From Hemiscyllium ocellatum (Eukaryota): DNA of 64,000 nt. The translations under genes were made by a program, and so were the position numbers. Every line of letters starts with the position of its first letter. The first letter of the stretch is position 1. The DNA lies in NCBI RefSeq assembly GCF_020745735.1, contig NW_026867451.1, positions 1 through 64,000 on the forward strand. The letters run 5' to 3'. This document shows positions 1-11,429 of this stretch, in pieces. The notes under the pieces were generated by a model. The model was not told the DNA's origin. It did not search any database and was given only the letters and a program-made list of their open reading frames with translations.

Positions 1-618
1 TCTGCCGAAGGTCAGTGTGAACCTGATAGGCCGAATGGCCTGCTTCCACATTTATAAACCAATCCAGAGACCAAATATGTTTGGGCCCTGGGCTCCAATC
101 TTGGGGGTGGCTGTGGGTCACCACAGTGAGAACAGGTTTGGGGATGAACACGGTCCAAGGGGGTAACAGGTTTGTTTTCTGAGGTGTTGAGGGCATGAAT
201 GTTCTGTCGAGGTGCTTGGGGATAAACATACTGAGGAGGTGCTTTCTGAGATACTGAGGGAGCACTATCTGGCAGTACAGGGGTGCAGAAGGTGGAATGG
301 TACAGATACACTTCCCTAATCATTTCCTCAGGGTCCCCAAGGCACGCTGGTGTGGTCATCTGAGATGGAAGCCTCTCCCACATTTTAGAAGATTATATCA
401 ACACTCAGTGAAAAATAAACACAAACACATGCCTTAAACATGGATTGGAGGAAAACTGTTATGAATCTATCATCATTTGTTGCTTAGACACGGTTTAGAA
501 AAGCAGGCACCCAAACAGACCAATGCTGTCGATGTACAGGAAGATCCAAGAGGTTTTTTACAGTTGATGTCTGTCTCCCTGCAGAGGTCATCATCCGAGA
601 TCAGGGTTCAGTGTGTGT

Positions 619-620
<2 letters not shown>

Positions 621-688
<68 letters not shown>
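621..688. repeat. (TG)34 microsatellite
   Basis: Perfect dinucleotide run read directly. Confidence 0.98.
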
Positions 689-692
<4 letters not shown>

Positions 693-1052
693 CCAAGAAG
701 ATAAATTCCTGCTGCTGTTTCAGCGAAGACACAAACATAAAAGTTTTTAAAAGCTGCAAAACTCACTTCCCTGGGGTAAAGTGAATGCTGTAAATCTCCC
801 AAAAGAGGTTCGGATGGAAGGAAGAAAGATTAGATTGAGAAGAGACAGTGCCATTCAGGTGCAGAGGTGTTGTTGGAATGTCTATTCAGGATTTCAGGAG
901 AGGAGAAAACACCTTGGGAGATAGTTTCTCAACCAACCTGTTCAGTGATGGTATGGTATTCCTCTAGACCAGGTGGGACTTGAAACTGAATCTCCTAGCT
1001 CAGAGGTAAAGATGCTACCACTGTCCCTTTCTACCTTCCCAAGCTGTACAAG

Positions 1053-3239
1053 GCCTCACCTTCATCCCCTACGCTCTCGGATGAACGAGTTCAACACGCG
1101 GCGAGGACATCGAACAATTCTTTCGCCGCTTCGCCTCCGTGCCTACTTCTTCAACCAGGATTCTCGCCCACCCTCTGACGACCCTTCTCCCGCCTCCAAC
1201 ACACCCCATCCACCTGGACACCCTGTGCTGGCCTCTTACCTGCCCTCAATCACTTCATAGCCAACTGCCGCCGCGACATTAACCACCTCAACCTCTCCAT
1301 CCCTCTCACCCACTCCAACCTCTCACCCTCAGAACGTGCAGCCCTCCACTCCAACCCCAACCTCCCATCAAACCGGCAGACAAGGGAGGCGCGGTAGTAG
1401 TTTGGCGCACCGACCTTTACACCGCTGAGGCTAAAACGCCAGCTCGCGGACACCTTCTCTACTGCCCCCTTGACCATGACCCACCTCCAACCACCAAACC
1501 ATCATCTCCCAGACCATCATAACCTCATCACCTCAGGGGATCTCCCATCCATCCGTCTCCAAACTCAGATCAGTCCCACAACCCCACACCGCCCGTTTCT
1601 ACCTCCTGCCCAAATCCACAAACCTGACTGCCCCGGCTGACCCATTGTCTCAGCCTGCTCCTGCCCCAGAGAACTCATCTCTGCATACCTCGACATGGTC
1701 CTGTCCCCTTAGTCCAAGAACTCCCCACCTACGTTTGGGACACCACCCACGCCCTCCACCTCCTCTATGATTTTCGCTTTCCCGGTCCCCAACGCCTTAT
1801 CTTCACCATGGACATCCAGTCCCTGTACACCTCCATTCTCCATCATGAAGGACTCAAAGCCCTCCGCTTCTTCCTTTCCCGCCGGACCAGCCAGTACCCT
1901 TCCACTGACACCCTCCTTCGACTGACTGAACTGGTCCTCACCCTGAACAACTTTCCAACACTCCCACTTCCTCCAAACCAAAGGAGTTGCCATGGGCACC
2001 GAATGGGCCCCAGCCTGCCTGCCTCTTCGTAGGATATGTGGAACAGTCCATTTTCCGCAACTACACTGGCACCACCCCCCCACTTTTCCTCCGCTACATC
2101 GATTACTGTATCGGCGCTGCCTCGTGGAGGCAGGTTGAACAGTTCATCCACTTTACCAACACCTTCCACCCTGACCTCAAATTTACCTGGACCATCTCAG
2201 ACACCTCCCTCCCCTTCCTAGACCTTTCCCTTTCTATCTCAGGCAACCGAATCAATGCGGACATTTACTATAAACCGACCGACTCCCACAACTACCTAGA
2301 CTACGCCTCCTCCCACCCTGCCCCCTGTAAAAACGCCATCCCATATTCCCAATTCCTTCGTCTCCACCGCATCTGTTCCCAGGAGGACCAGTTCCAATAC
2401 CGTAAAACCCAGATGGCCTCCTTCTTCAAAGACTGCAATATCTCCCCAGACGTGATCGAATATGACCTCCACCCCATCTCCTCCACTTCCCGCTCCTCTG
2501 CCCTTGAGCCCCGCCCCTCCAATCGCCACCAGGACAGAACCCCACTGGTCCTCACCTACCACCCACCTAACCTCCATATACATCGTATCATCCGTCGTCA
2601 TTTCCACCACCTCCAAACGGACCCCACCACCAGAGATATATTTCCCTCCCCTCCCCTATCAGCATTCTAAAAAGACCATTCCCTCCGTGACTCCCTCGTC
2701 AGGTCCACACCCCCCACCAACCAACCTCCACTCCCGGCACCTTCCCCTGCAACTGCAAGAGATGCAAAATTGCCTCCCCCTTACTTCCTTCCAAGGCCCA
2801 AGGGATCCTTCCATATCCACCACAAATTCACCTGCACCTCCACACACATCATTTACTGCATCCGCTGCACCTGATGGGGCCTCCTCTATATTAGGAAGAC
2901 AGGCTGCCTACTTGCGGACCGTTTCAGAGAACACCTCTGGACACCCCCGGACCATCCAACCCAACCACCCCGTGGCTCAACGCTTCAACTACCCCCTCCC
3001 ACTCCACCAAGGACATGCAGGTCCTTGGACTTCCTCTATCGCCAGGCCATAGCAACACGACGGCTGGAGGGAGAGCGCCTAATCTTCGCCTGATGGGACA
3101 CACTTTCCTCATTCCTGAAGAAGGGCTCATGCCCGAAACGTCGACTCTCCTGCTCCTTGGATGCTGCCTGACCTACTGCGCTTTTCCAGCAACAGATTTT
3201 CAGCTCTGATCTCCAGCGCCTGCAGTCCTCACTTTCTCC
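1053..3239 (+). mobile_element. Penelope-like retroelement (RT + GIY-YIG endonuclease + 3' pseudo-LTR), 5'-truncated and frameshifted
   Basis: RT motifs MDIQSLYTSI, KGVAMG, FLRYIDYC (decayed YIDD), YYKPTDSHNYLDYASSHP; C-terminal HIIYCIRC...LLYI..T GIY-YIG; terminal repeat ending CACTTTCTCC. Confidence 0.88.
3111..3147 (+). ncRNA. Minimal type I hammerhead ribozyme-like motif in the Penelope pLTR
   Basis: CTGAAGA (3115-3121) - A - GGGC TCAT GCCC - GAAAC - GTC; palindromic ACGT stem III. Confidence 0.6.
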
Positions 3240-3242
3240 CAG

Positions 3243-4262
3243 TGGGATCTTGCAGAGGCCAGTATTGGGACCTCGCAGTTTCTAGGTTTATTGAAATAAC
3301 TTTCACTTGAAAGTTGGAGGATTGATCAGTGAGTTCACAGATGATATGAAAACCAGTGTGGTGGCAAACAGTGAGGAAGATGGGCTTAGATCATAGGAGG
3401 GCAATCATGGTAAGGGAATACGTGATGAACTATAGGACCCTGGGAAGCACTGAAGATCAGAGGGACCTTGTTGTGCATGTCCCCCAGTCACTTAAACAGC
3501 AGCACAGGTGATAAACTCGCCTTTCCTTGTTAAGCACCGAGTTTGAGCTGGGAAGTTCTGTTAGAACTATCGAAAACATTGGCTAGGGGACAGCTAGCTT
3601 GTTGTCTGCATTTCTGGAATCCCCATTAAGGAGGGATGTGTTAGCACTCAAGACTTGGAAAGATATTGTCTGAGCTGGAGAGTTTCAGTTATGAAGAGCG
3701 ACTGGAAAGATTGGTTCGTTTTCCTTAGACCAGAGAGATTGAGAGGGGAGTCACAGGTAGATAGGATAGTGAAAAGGCATTTGATATACTTTCCCTTATT
3801 AGTCAGAGCATTGAGTAAAGGAGTTTGGAGGTCATGTTGTGGCGGTACAGGACATTGGTTAGGCCACCTTTGGAGTATTGTGTGCAATTCTGCTCTGATT
3901 CCTATAGAAAGGATGTTTTGAAATTTGAAAGGGTTCAGAAAAGATTTACAAGGATGTTGCCAGGGTTAGAGGGTTTGAACTACAGGAAAGGCTGAATAGG
4001 CTGGAACTGGTTTCCCTGGAGTGTCGAAGGTTGAGGAGTGACCTTCTAGAGGTTTATAAAATCATGGATGCATGGATAGGGTAAATAGACAAGGTTTTTT
4101 CCCTGGGGTGGGGGAGTCCAGAACTAGAGGGCATAGGTTTAGGGTGAGAGGGGAAAGACTTACAAGGGTCCTAAGGGGCAACGTTTTCATGCAACAGGCG
4201 GTGCGTGTATGCAAGAGGAAGTGCAGGCCAGTACAAGGCTAGTAACATATAAAAGGCATCGG
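3243..4262 (+). mobile_element. CR1-clade LINE 3' fragments (two adjacent pieces)
   Basis: Decayed RT C-terminal motifs (LVRPPLEYCVQFCS; KVQKRFTRMLPGL..L.Y.ERL..L.LVSLE) and typical 3' UTR. Confidence 0.75.
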
Positions 4263-4280
4263 GAGGGGTAGAAGAAAACT

Positions 4281-4375
4281 CCACAACCACCTGATGAAGG
4301 AGCAGTGTTCGGAAAGCTAGTGGTTCCAAATAAACCTGTTGGATTATAACCTGGTGTTGGGTGATTTTTAATTTG
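4281..4375 (+). mobile_element. Short repeat of a second pLTR-like family with a hammerhead core
   Basis: AACCAC-CTGATGA-A-GGAGC AGT GTTCG-GAAA-GCTA-GTGGTT, then AAACCTGTTGGATTATAACCTGGTGTT; homologous to both arms at 34415-34580. Confidence 0.65.
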
Positions 4376-4665
4376 AACTGGAAGGGATTAGAGGGCCAAG
4401 TGCTGGTAAATGGGACGAGGTTAATTTTGGATATCTGGTTGGCATGGACGAGTTGGGCTGAAGGATCTGTTTCTGTGTTGTACATCTGTTTGACTCTATG
4501 AGATCACTGAGATGTACAAAATAATGAGAGGTGTTGATTGGGTAGACAGTAAGGAAATATTCCCCTTGATGGAGGAACCAATTAAGACAAATGTTGTAAG
4601 ACTGGAAGGCAGTGCAGATATTTAAGGTAAGGGACAGGAGACTTAAGGGGAATGTCAGTGATAAA

Positions 4666-5430
4666 GTCATACAGCATGGAAACAGACCTTTTGGTTCCCC
4701 CCAAAGTCCATGCTACCCATAATCCCAAACAAAACTAGTCCCACCACCTGCTCCTGGCCCATATCCCTTCAATACTTTCCTGTTTGTCCAAATACCTTTT
4801 AAACATTGGAACTGAACCCACATCCATTAATTCCTCACGAACCACTCTCTGTGTAGAAAAAGCTGACCCTCATTTCCCTTTTAAATCTTTCTCCTCTCAC
4901 TTTAAAAGTATGTCCCCTAGTGCTGAAGTCTAGGGGGGAATAAGCTCCTAGTCCAAGGGGAAAATTTCCTCACTATCTGCCTTATGAACACCCCTCATTA
5001 TTTTATACATCTCAACCATGTCATTGAGTAATAGAGACTTTCAGCACAGAAACAGATCCTTCGGCCCAACTTATCCATGCTGACCAGATATCCTAAATTA
5101 CCCTAGTCCCATTTACCTGTACTTGTTCCATATCTCTCTAATCACTTCCTCTTCATATACAAACCCTGAAGTCTATCACCGAGGGAAAAGACATCTGACA
5201 TTCACCTTATATATGCTCCTTATTATATTATAAACCTCTGTAAGGTCACCCCTCAACCTTCAAGCTCCTTTCCATCGAACTCAAACCATCCAGTGCTGGC
5301 AACATCCTTGTAAATATTTTCTGAACAGTTTAACAATACCCCTCCTATAACAGGGAGACCAGAATGGACACAGTATTCTAGAAGAGGCCTGTACAACCTC
5401 AACATGATGTCCTAACTCCTATACTCATGG
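4666..5430 (-). mobile_element. CR1-clade LINE 3' fragments
   Basis: Reverse complement of the same 3' UTR and RT-end motifs seen at 3243-4262. Confidence 0.65.
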
Positions 5431-5579
5431 TCTGTGTAATGAAGGAAAAAAGCTTTCACCCAGAGGTTGGTGAGAAACTGAATTCACTGCCGGAAGGGCA
5501 TTACAGACAGAAGCTCATCAAATCATTGAAGAAGTATTCAGATGTGCACTTGCGATGCCAAGACATACAAGGTGATGGG

Positions 5580-5746
5580 TCTTGAAGGAGAACCGTTGCT
5601 GGTGTTTTTGAATCTGTAGTCTGTACTGTTTGCCCGAAACGTCAATTTTCCTGCTCCTTGGATGCTGCCTGACTTGCTGGGTTTGTTCCAGCACCACTCT
5701 AATCTAGACTCTGGTTTCCAGCATCTGCAGTCCTTGTTTTTACCTG
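5580..5746 (+). mobile_element. Penelope pLTR fragment insertion with 15-bp TSD
   Basis: Contains GCCCGAAACGTC...GCATCTGCAGTCC; flanked by ATACAAGGTGATGGG at 5565-5579 and 5747-5761. Confidence 0.8.
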
Positions 5747-6810
5747 ATACAAGGTGATGGGCCGAGGGCTGAGAAATGAGGTTACCATAGTTTGATGGTT
5801 GTTTTTGACTGGCACAGAATCAATGGGCTGAAGGGACTTGTTCTGCACTGTAGACCACTGCCATTCGATAAACAACAGGACAATGAAGAGACTTTGATGA
5901 GGTGTTGGCACTAACAATTGTCAGTGTGGCAGTGCCACAAGATTGAGCTTTATTCTGACACACTGTCAGACCTGGGTTTGAACTCTGTTCTCGCTCTCTG
6001 CAGATGCTTCTGCACCTGCTAAATATCTTCATCACTCAGTGTTTATTTGTGGTGACAGAGAGGATCTGAGGCTGCAGAGATGAAATCTGATGGTTTGTTA
6101 GATATGGGAAGGCGAAGCAGACACTTCCTGATTGAAAATGAAAAATCAAACATAGAATTGTGAGGCTGGTAATCTATATTTTGTTCCACAAATCCAGACG
6201 ACACAAGTTTGAGTACGACAGCAGATGCTTTATTATCGGAGTGCAGCGTGAGAGATTCTCCATGTCCCTGAAAGTAGTTGTGCGTCTACTTGTGGTGATA
6301 CAAAAGGTCTATAATCCACATGGTTGACTGTCGTTACATTGTTTAAGATGGGCAATTATAATTTTACAAGGTCCGGTGAATGTTGATGTCCTGCGATAAC
6401 AACTGATTATCGTGTTCTTCATGATCATGTGTCAATGGGAAGAGATTAAAACTGAAGGGTTTTGCCTGTTTTCACGGGGAATTCACATCCCTATGCTAAT
6501 ACGGAGAGAAGCAAGATAATGGGAGCAGGAGGCAGTTGAACAGGGTTGCGGCCAAGGCTATCAGTCTTGGCTGGGGAGGACAAATCCGTTGCTTGAGGCT
6601 GCAGAGGAATCCACATGTGTGGCTGCAATGGATTCCTTCTCGAAGATTCAGTTATCCTACTGAGATGTTCCGTCTATTCTGTAATTGATACTGTAGTGAG
6701 TCTGTTTCACAGTGGAATGTTTAACCCTTGAGTGCCCAGTATGCCTTGAAAGAGAATTAAAACATGAAGTGATCCTTTTCTGGCTTTATAACATCCTCAC
6801 CAAACTCCTC

Positions 6811-7229
6811 CTGTCAGATATAAACCAGCCCCTCGCTCACTGACACCAATCACCCCCTGTAATATAAACCACCCCACAGACACAAGTCTCCCATGTCTGA
6901 TTTCACCCTGCCCCACAGACAGTGACAACAGTTTCCTCCAGCCTGATATAAACCAGCCTCACAGTCACTAATACCAATCTCCCCCGTCTGATATAAACCA
7001 GCCTCACAGTCACTGACACCAATCTCCCCCTGTCTGATATAAACCAGCCCCACAGTCACTGACACCAATCTCCCCCAGTCTGATATAAACAGCCCCACAG
7101 TCACTGACACCAATCTCCCCTGTCTGATATAAACCAGCCCCACAGTCACTGACGCCAATCTATGCCTGTCTGATATAAACCAGCCCCACAGTCACTGACA
7201 CTAATCTCTGCCTGTCTGATATAAACCAA
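6811..7229. repeat. Minisatellite, about 46-47-bp unit, about 9 copies
   Basis: Consensus CTGTCTGATATAAACCAGCCCCACAGTCACTGACACCAATCTCCCC; the 5' copies are more degenerate. Confidence 0.92.
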
Positions 7230-7235
7230 CTAGTT

Positions 7236-7380
7236 AAAAGGACTGCAGATGCTGGAAACCAGAGTCTAGATGAGAGTGGTACTGGAAAAGCACAGCAGGT
7301 CAGGCAGCATCCGAGGAGCAGGAAAATCGACGTGTCGGGCAAAAACCCTTCATCAGGAATAGAGGCAGGGAGCCTGCAGA
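7236..7380 (-). mobile_element. Penelope pLTR fragment
   Basis: Reverse reads ATTC-CTGATGA-A-GGGTTTTTGCCC-GACAC-GTC..., with the same tail subfamily as 5640-5745. Confidence 0.75.
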
Positions 7381-7789
7381 TTGGAAAGACAGAGGAGGAT
7401 ATCTTCTTCAAGACAAAAAAGACTGAGTGTCTGCCTCTCATAATTTTGTACAGTTCTATAAGATCCCCTCTCAGTCTCCTAGACTGCCAAGAAAAGAAAA
7501 AGCTTGTTCAGCCTCTCCTTATAACACTGAGTGCGAGCAACATCCTTATAAATTTCTTCTGCACTCTTTCCAGTTTAATAACATCCTTCCCCGAGTAAGG
7601 TGACCAAAACAGAACACATGCTCCAACTGCAGCCTCACCCACCTCCTGTATAACTGTCGGTTTTTGTGAAGACAGAACTAAAGGATGTATACAATTGCTC
7701 AGCTGTTCGTTGTCCTTTGTTATACATTTCCCCAATTTCCATCTGTAGGGACCTACATTTGTCTTCATCAATCTCTTTCTCTTCATGTA

Positions 7790-8620
7790 CTGTAGAACCT
7801 TGTAGCATCAGTCTTCATGTTCCCTGCAAGCTTACTTTCTTTTGTACTGTGTTTTCCCCATCTTAATCAATCCCTTGGTCCTTCTTTGCTGAATTCGAAA
7901 CTGCTCTCAAATATCAGACCTGTTATTTTTCTTGGCCCATTTCTATGCTATTTCCTTCAATTGGATGCTATCTAATTTCCTTTATAAGCCATGGATTGGC
8001 CCTGTTACCCATTTTGCTTTTGTACCAGACAGGAATAAATAGTTGTTGCAGTTCCCCCATGATTTCCTTGAATATTTGCCAATGCCTATCTACTGTCACA
8101 CCTTTAAGCAACTTTCACTGATCTATCAACGCCAACTCATGCCTTATATATCTTCATAGTTTCCTTTATTAAAATTCAGCACCCTAGTCTCCAAATCAGC
8201 TGGCTCACTCTCCATCTTGATAAAAAAGTTGTATCATGTCATGGTCACTCATCCCCAAGGAGTCTCACGCAGCTAGATTGGCAATGATTCCCTTCTCATT
8301 ACACAGTACCCAGTCTAAGATGGCCTGCTCTCTAGTTGGTTCATCCACATATTGGTTAAGAAAACCATCCTGTATGTACTCCAGGAATTTTTCCTCTAAG
8401 ACATTGTGGCTAATTTGATTTGTCCAATCTAGATGCAGATTAAAATCACCCATGATCACAGATGTCTCCATATCACATGCTTGGCTAATTTCCTGTTTAA
8501 TACTATTCCGATACGACCACTGCAGTCTGGGGGTCTGTCTATGACACCCACTAATGTTTTTTGTCCCTTGGTATTTCACAGCTCCACCCATACAGTCTCC
8601 ACATTGTCAAAGCTAATGTC
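7790..8620 (-). mobile_element. CR1-clade LINE, APE endonuclease region
   Basis: ORF 8265-8591: IMGDFNLHLDW...FLNQYVDEPTREQAILDWVLCNE. Confidence 0.85.
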
Positions 8621-8929
8621 CTAAAAAGAGATGAACAAAAATACGTGACCAGGAATTGAGATATTTCTGCTCAATTATTGATCTTGATTTGATGTTAATT
8701 AGCCTTGTCGACTTTCAATGAATAGCTTCGTAAAATCTGGGACCGCCAGCAGAAGGTGATGAGCTAGAACATTTGTGGAATTGCTTTCTCAGTAAATGAA
8801 CATAGATACAACTTGTTGAGTTTTTCACAGTAGATGACAGTGCTTCTCCAGCAGGTGGAAGTGACGGCTGATAGTAGATCCTTCAACCAACACCTTCACT
8901 CATAAAAAGTTAAGGCACACAAAAGATTG

Positions 8930-9660
8930 ACTGAGGCTACTTAGTTTAACATCATTTATTGAAAAAAATGGTGGAGTCTTTAAAAAAGGATGTTCCAGCA
9001 GAAAACTGGGAATGGCTTTACAAAATGGAAATCTTGCCTGATAAATGTATTGGAATTCTTGGAGAAAATGGAGGAAACGGTGATTGTAATATGTTTTGAT
9101 TTTCTGAAGGTGTTTGACAGCACCCATGCATAAGATTACTGAATAAGAAAGGAGCCTTGGCTTTGGAGGTACTGTATTAACGTGGAGAGAGGATTTTTGA
9201 AATCCCAATCCGAAAAGTTTGATGAAGTGTTTTATTTTACAGGATGTCAAAGTGTGGAGGACCACATAAATCTGTTCTGGGGGACAAAAAAAATTTACAA
9301 AGTATTTTGATGACTTAGATGAGGAAAGTGAGTATATTGTAGGCAAGTTTGCGAAAGACACAAAAATTCGAGCGGAGACAAGTGGTGAGTATGACACAAA
9401 AAGAAGTTTGTGGAGCGATACAGATAGGACGAGAGTGAACAAGGAGCTTTGCACATTAATGTAATGTGGATTAAATAAATGAGAACAGACATAAACGTGA
9501 ACTTGTGCATTTTAACAGGCAAGATAGAGATTGAATTCAGAAATCTACAGAAAGTCTGCATCTCCGAACCACAAAACGTTAGCTTTTAATTTCAACTGTC
9601 AATAAAGATGGCAAATGTCATGTTGGGGTTTGTTTAAAAACTAATGGAATATTGAGATTA
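8930..9660 (+). mobile_element. Old CR1-clade LINE RT fragment
   Basis: Decayed VI.FDFLKVFD motif and KFA.DTKI-like segment. Confidence 0.6.
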
Positions 9661-11290
9661 GGAACAGCCAGATAGAGCAGCGAATGTGTAGCTGAGGAAC
9701 TGCTGCAGGGGTTAGGATTCCCATTTTTCAATCATTGGGATCTCTTCAGGGATAGAAATGATCTATATAAGAGGGACCTGACTTGGAAGGGGACCGATAT
9801 TCTTGTGGGGAAATTTGCTAGCAGTATGCTGAAGGTTTTAAATTAGTAAGGTGGATGGTGGGAACTAACAAGATAGTGAGAAAAGAGAAGTGTTTGAGGT
9901 GAGATGCGGTGAGCAATTCTCGGGGTCAAGGCAGACGACAGTTTGGCAAGAGCAAGGTAAGACTGTTAAACTGCATTTACTTTGATGGAAGAGGCCTGAC
10001 ATGTGAGACAGATGAACATAGAGCATAGATGGGAATGTGGGACAAGGATATTATTACCATTACAGAAATGTGGCTCAGGGATGAACAGGACTGGCAACTT
10101 AATGTTCCAGGATACAGATGTTATAGAATGTATAGACAGGAGATGGAGATGGAGGAGTGTTTTTGGTTAGAAAGAACATTACAGCTGGATGTAGAGAGGA
10201 TATTTCTCGGAGACTGCCCAGTGAAGTTATATGGATGAAACTTAAAAATAAGAAAGAGGTGATGACCTTGCTGGGATTGTAAAATGGGCCTCCTGATAGT
10301 CAGTGGGAAATTTACAAGCGATTATGCTTTCTGTAAGGAAAGAGGGTAATGGTAGGGAATTTTAACTTTCCAACCAGAGTTTGGGGTAGTGTTAAGATCT
10401 TGGAATGTGGAGAAATTGTTAAGTGTGTACAAGAAAACATTGTTATTCAATATGTGGATGCACCTACTGGACAGTTCGCAATACTTGACCTTCTGTTGGG
10501 AATCAAGGCAGGACAAGTGACTGAGGTGTCTGTAGGGGCACGCTTCAGGGAAAGTGATCATAATTCTATTGGTTTAATAATAATGATGAGAAAGGATAGA
10601 ATTGATTTAAAAATGAAAGTTTCAAATTGGAGTGTGGCCAGTTTCGATGGTATAAGACTTTGAGATGTTGGTTGGGGGAGGTTATTCACAGGTAAAGGGA
10701 CGACTGACAAGTGGGAGGCCTTTAAGAATGAGACAATGAGAGTTCAGTGATGGTATGTTTCTGTTTGTGTGAAGGGCAAGGCATGGGAAAAGCTCAATGA
10801 TGAGGGAAATTGCAACTCCTGTCCAGAAAACGAAGGGGGCATTTATCAGATATAGACAGCTGGGATTGAGTGAATCCTGAGAAGGGTATAAGGGCAGTCA
10901 GAGTATACTTCACCAGGAAATCATGAGGGAAAAAAGGGGGCATGAAATTGCATGGCAAATAGAATTAAGGAGAATCCGAAAAGATTCTAAAATTATTTTA
11001 AGGTTAAAAGAATAACTAAGAAGAGAATACAGCCCTTAAAGATCAAATGAGTTCATCTTACAGAAGAGGAGGTGTTGGGGGTCTTAAAGTAGAAAAATGG
11101 AAATAAATCCTGGAGAGCTGATTAGGTATTTCTCAGAACTTTGTGGGAAGCTAGGGAAGAGATTTGTGGACCCCTTGCTGAGATATTTGTATCATCGATA
11201 ATCATAGATGAGATGCCAGAAGACTGGAGAGTGACTAATGTGGCAGCATTATTGAAGAAAGTTGTATGAAAAGCCAGGGAACCATAAACT
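9660..11290 (+). mobile_element. CR1-clade LINE: end of ORF1 (esterase-like), APE endonuclease and start of RT
   Basis: F.F.NHWDLF.DRNDLYKRD-like ORF1 end; DIITITEMWL, MVGNFNFP, QYVDAPT..AILDLLLG, ARFRESDHNS. Confidence 0.8.
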
Positions 11291-11429
11291 GGTGAGCCTT
11301 TCACACCAGAGATGCTGCCAGACCTTCTGAACATTTCCAGCAGTTTCCGTTTTTGTTTCTGATACACAGCATCCACTGTTCTTTCAGTTTTTACTTAGTA
11401 GTCAGAGAGCATTACGTTTTGGATTGGAG

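Noticed and set aside
477-704. 75-aa ORF with CVCVCV tract
   Set aside because: Translation of the (TG)n microsatellite.
6850-7158. Repetitive minus-strand ORF (VSVTVGLVYIRQG)n
   Set aside because: Produced by the minisatellite; no gene features.
8900-9454. 184-aa ORF (likewise 13478-13915 and 42261-42794)
   Set aside because: Antisense frames of decayed LINE fragments.
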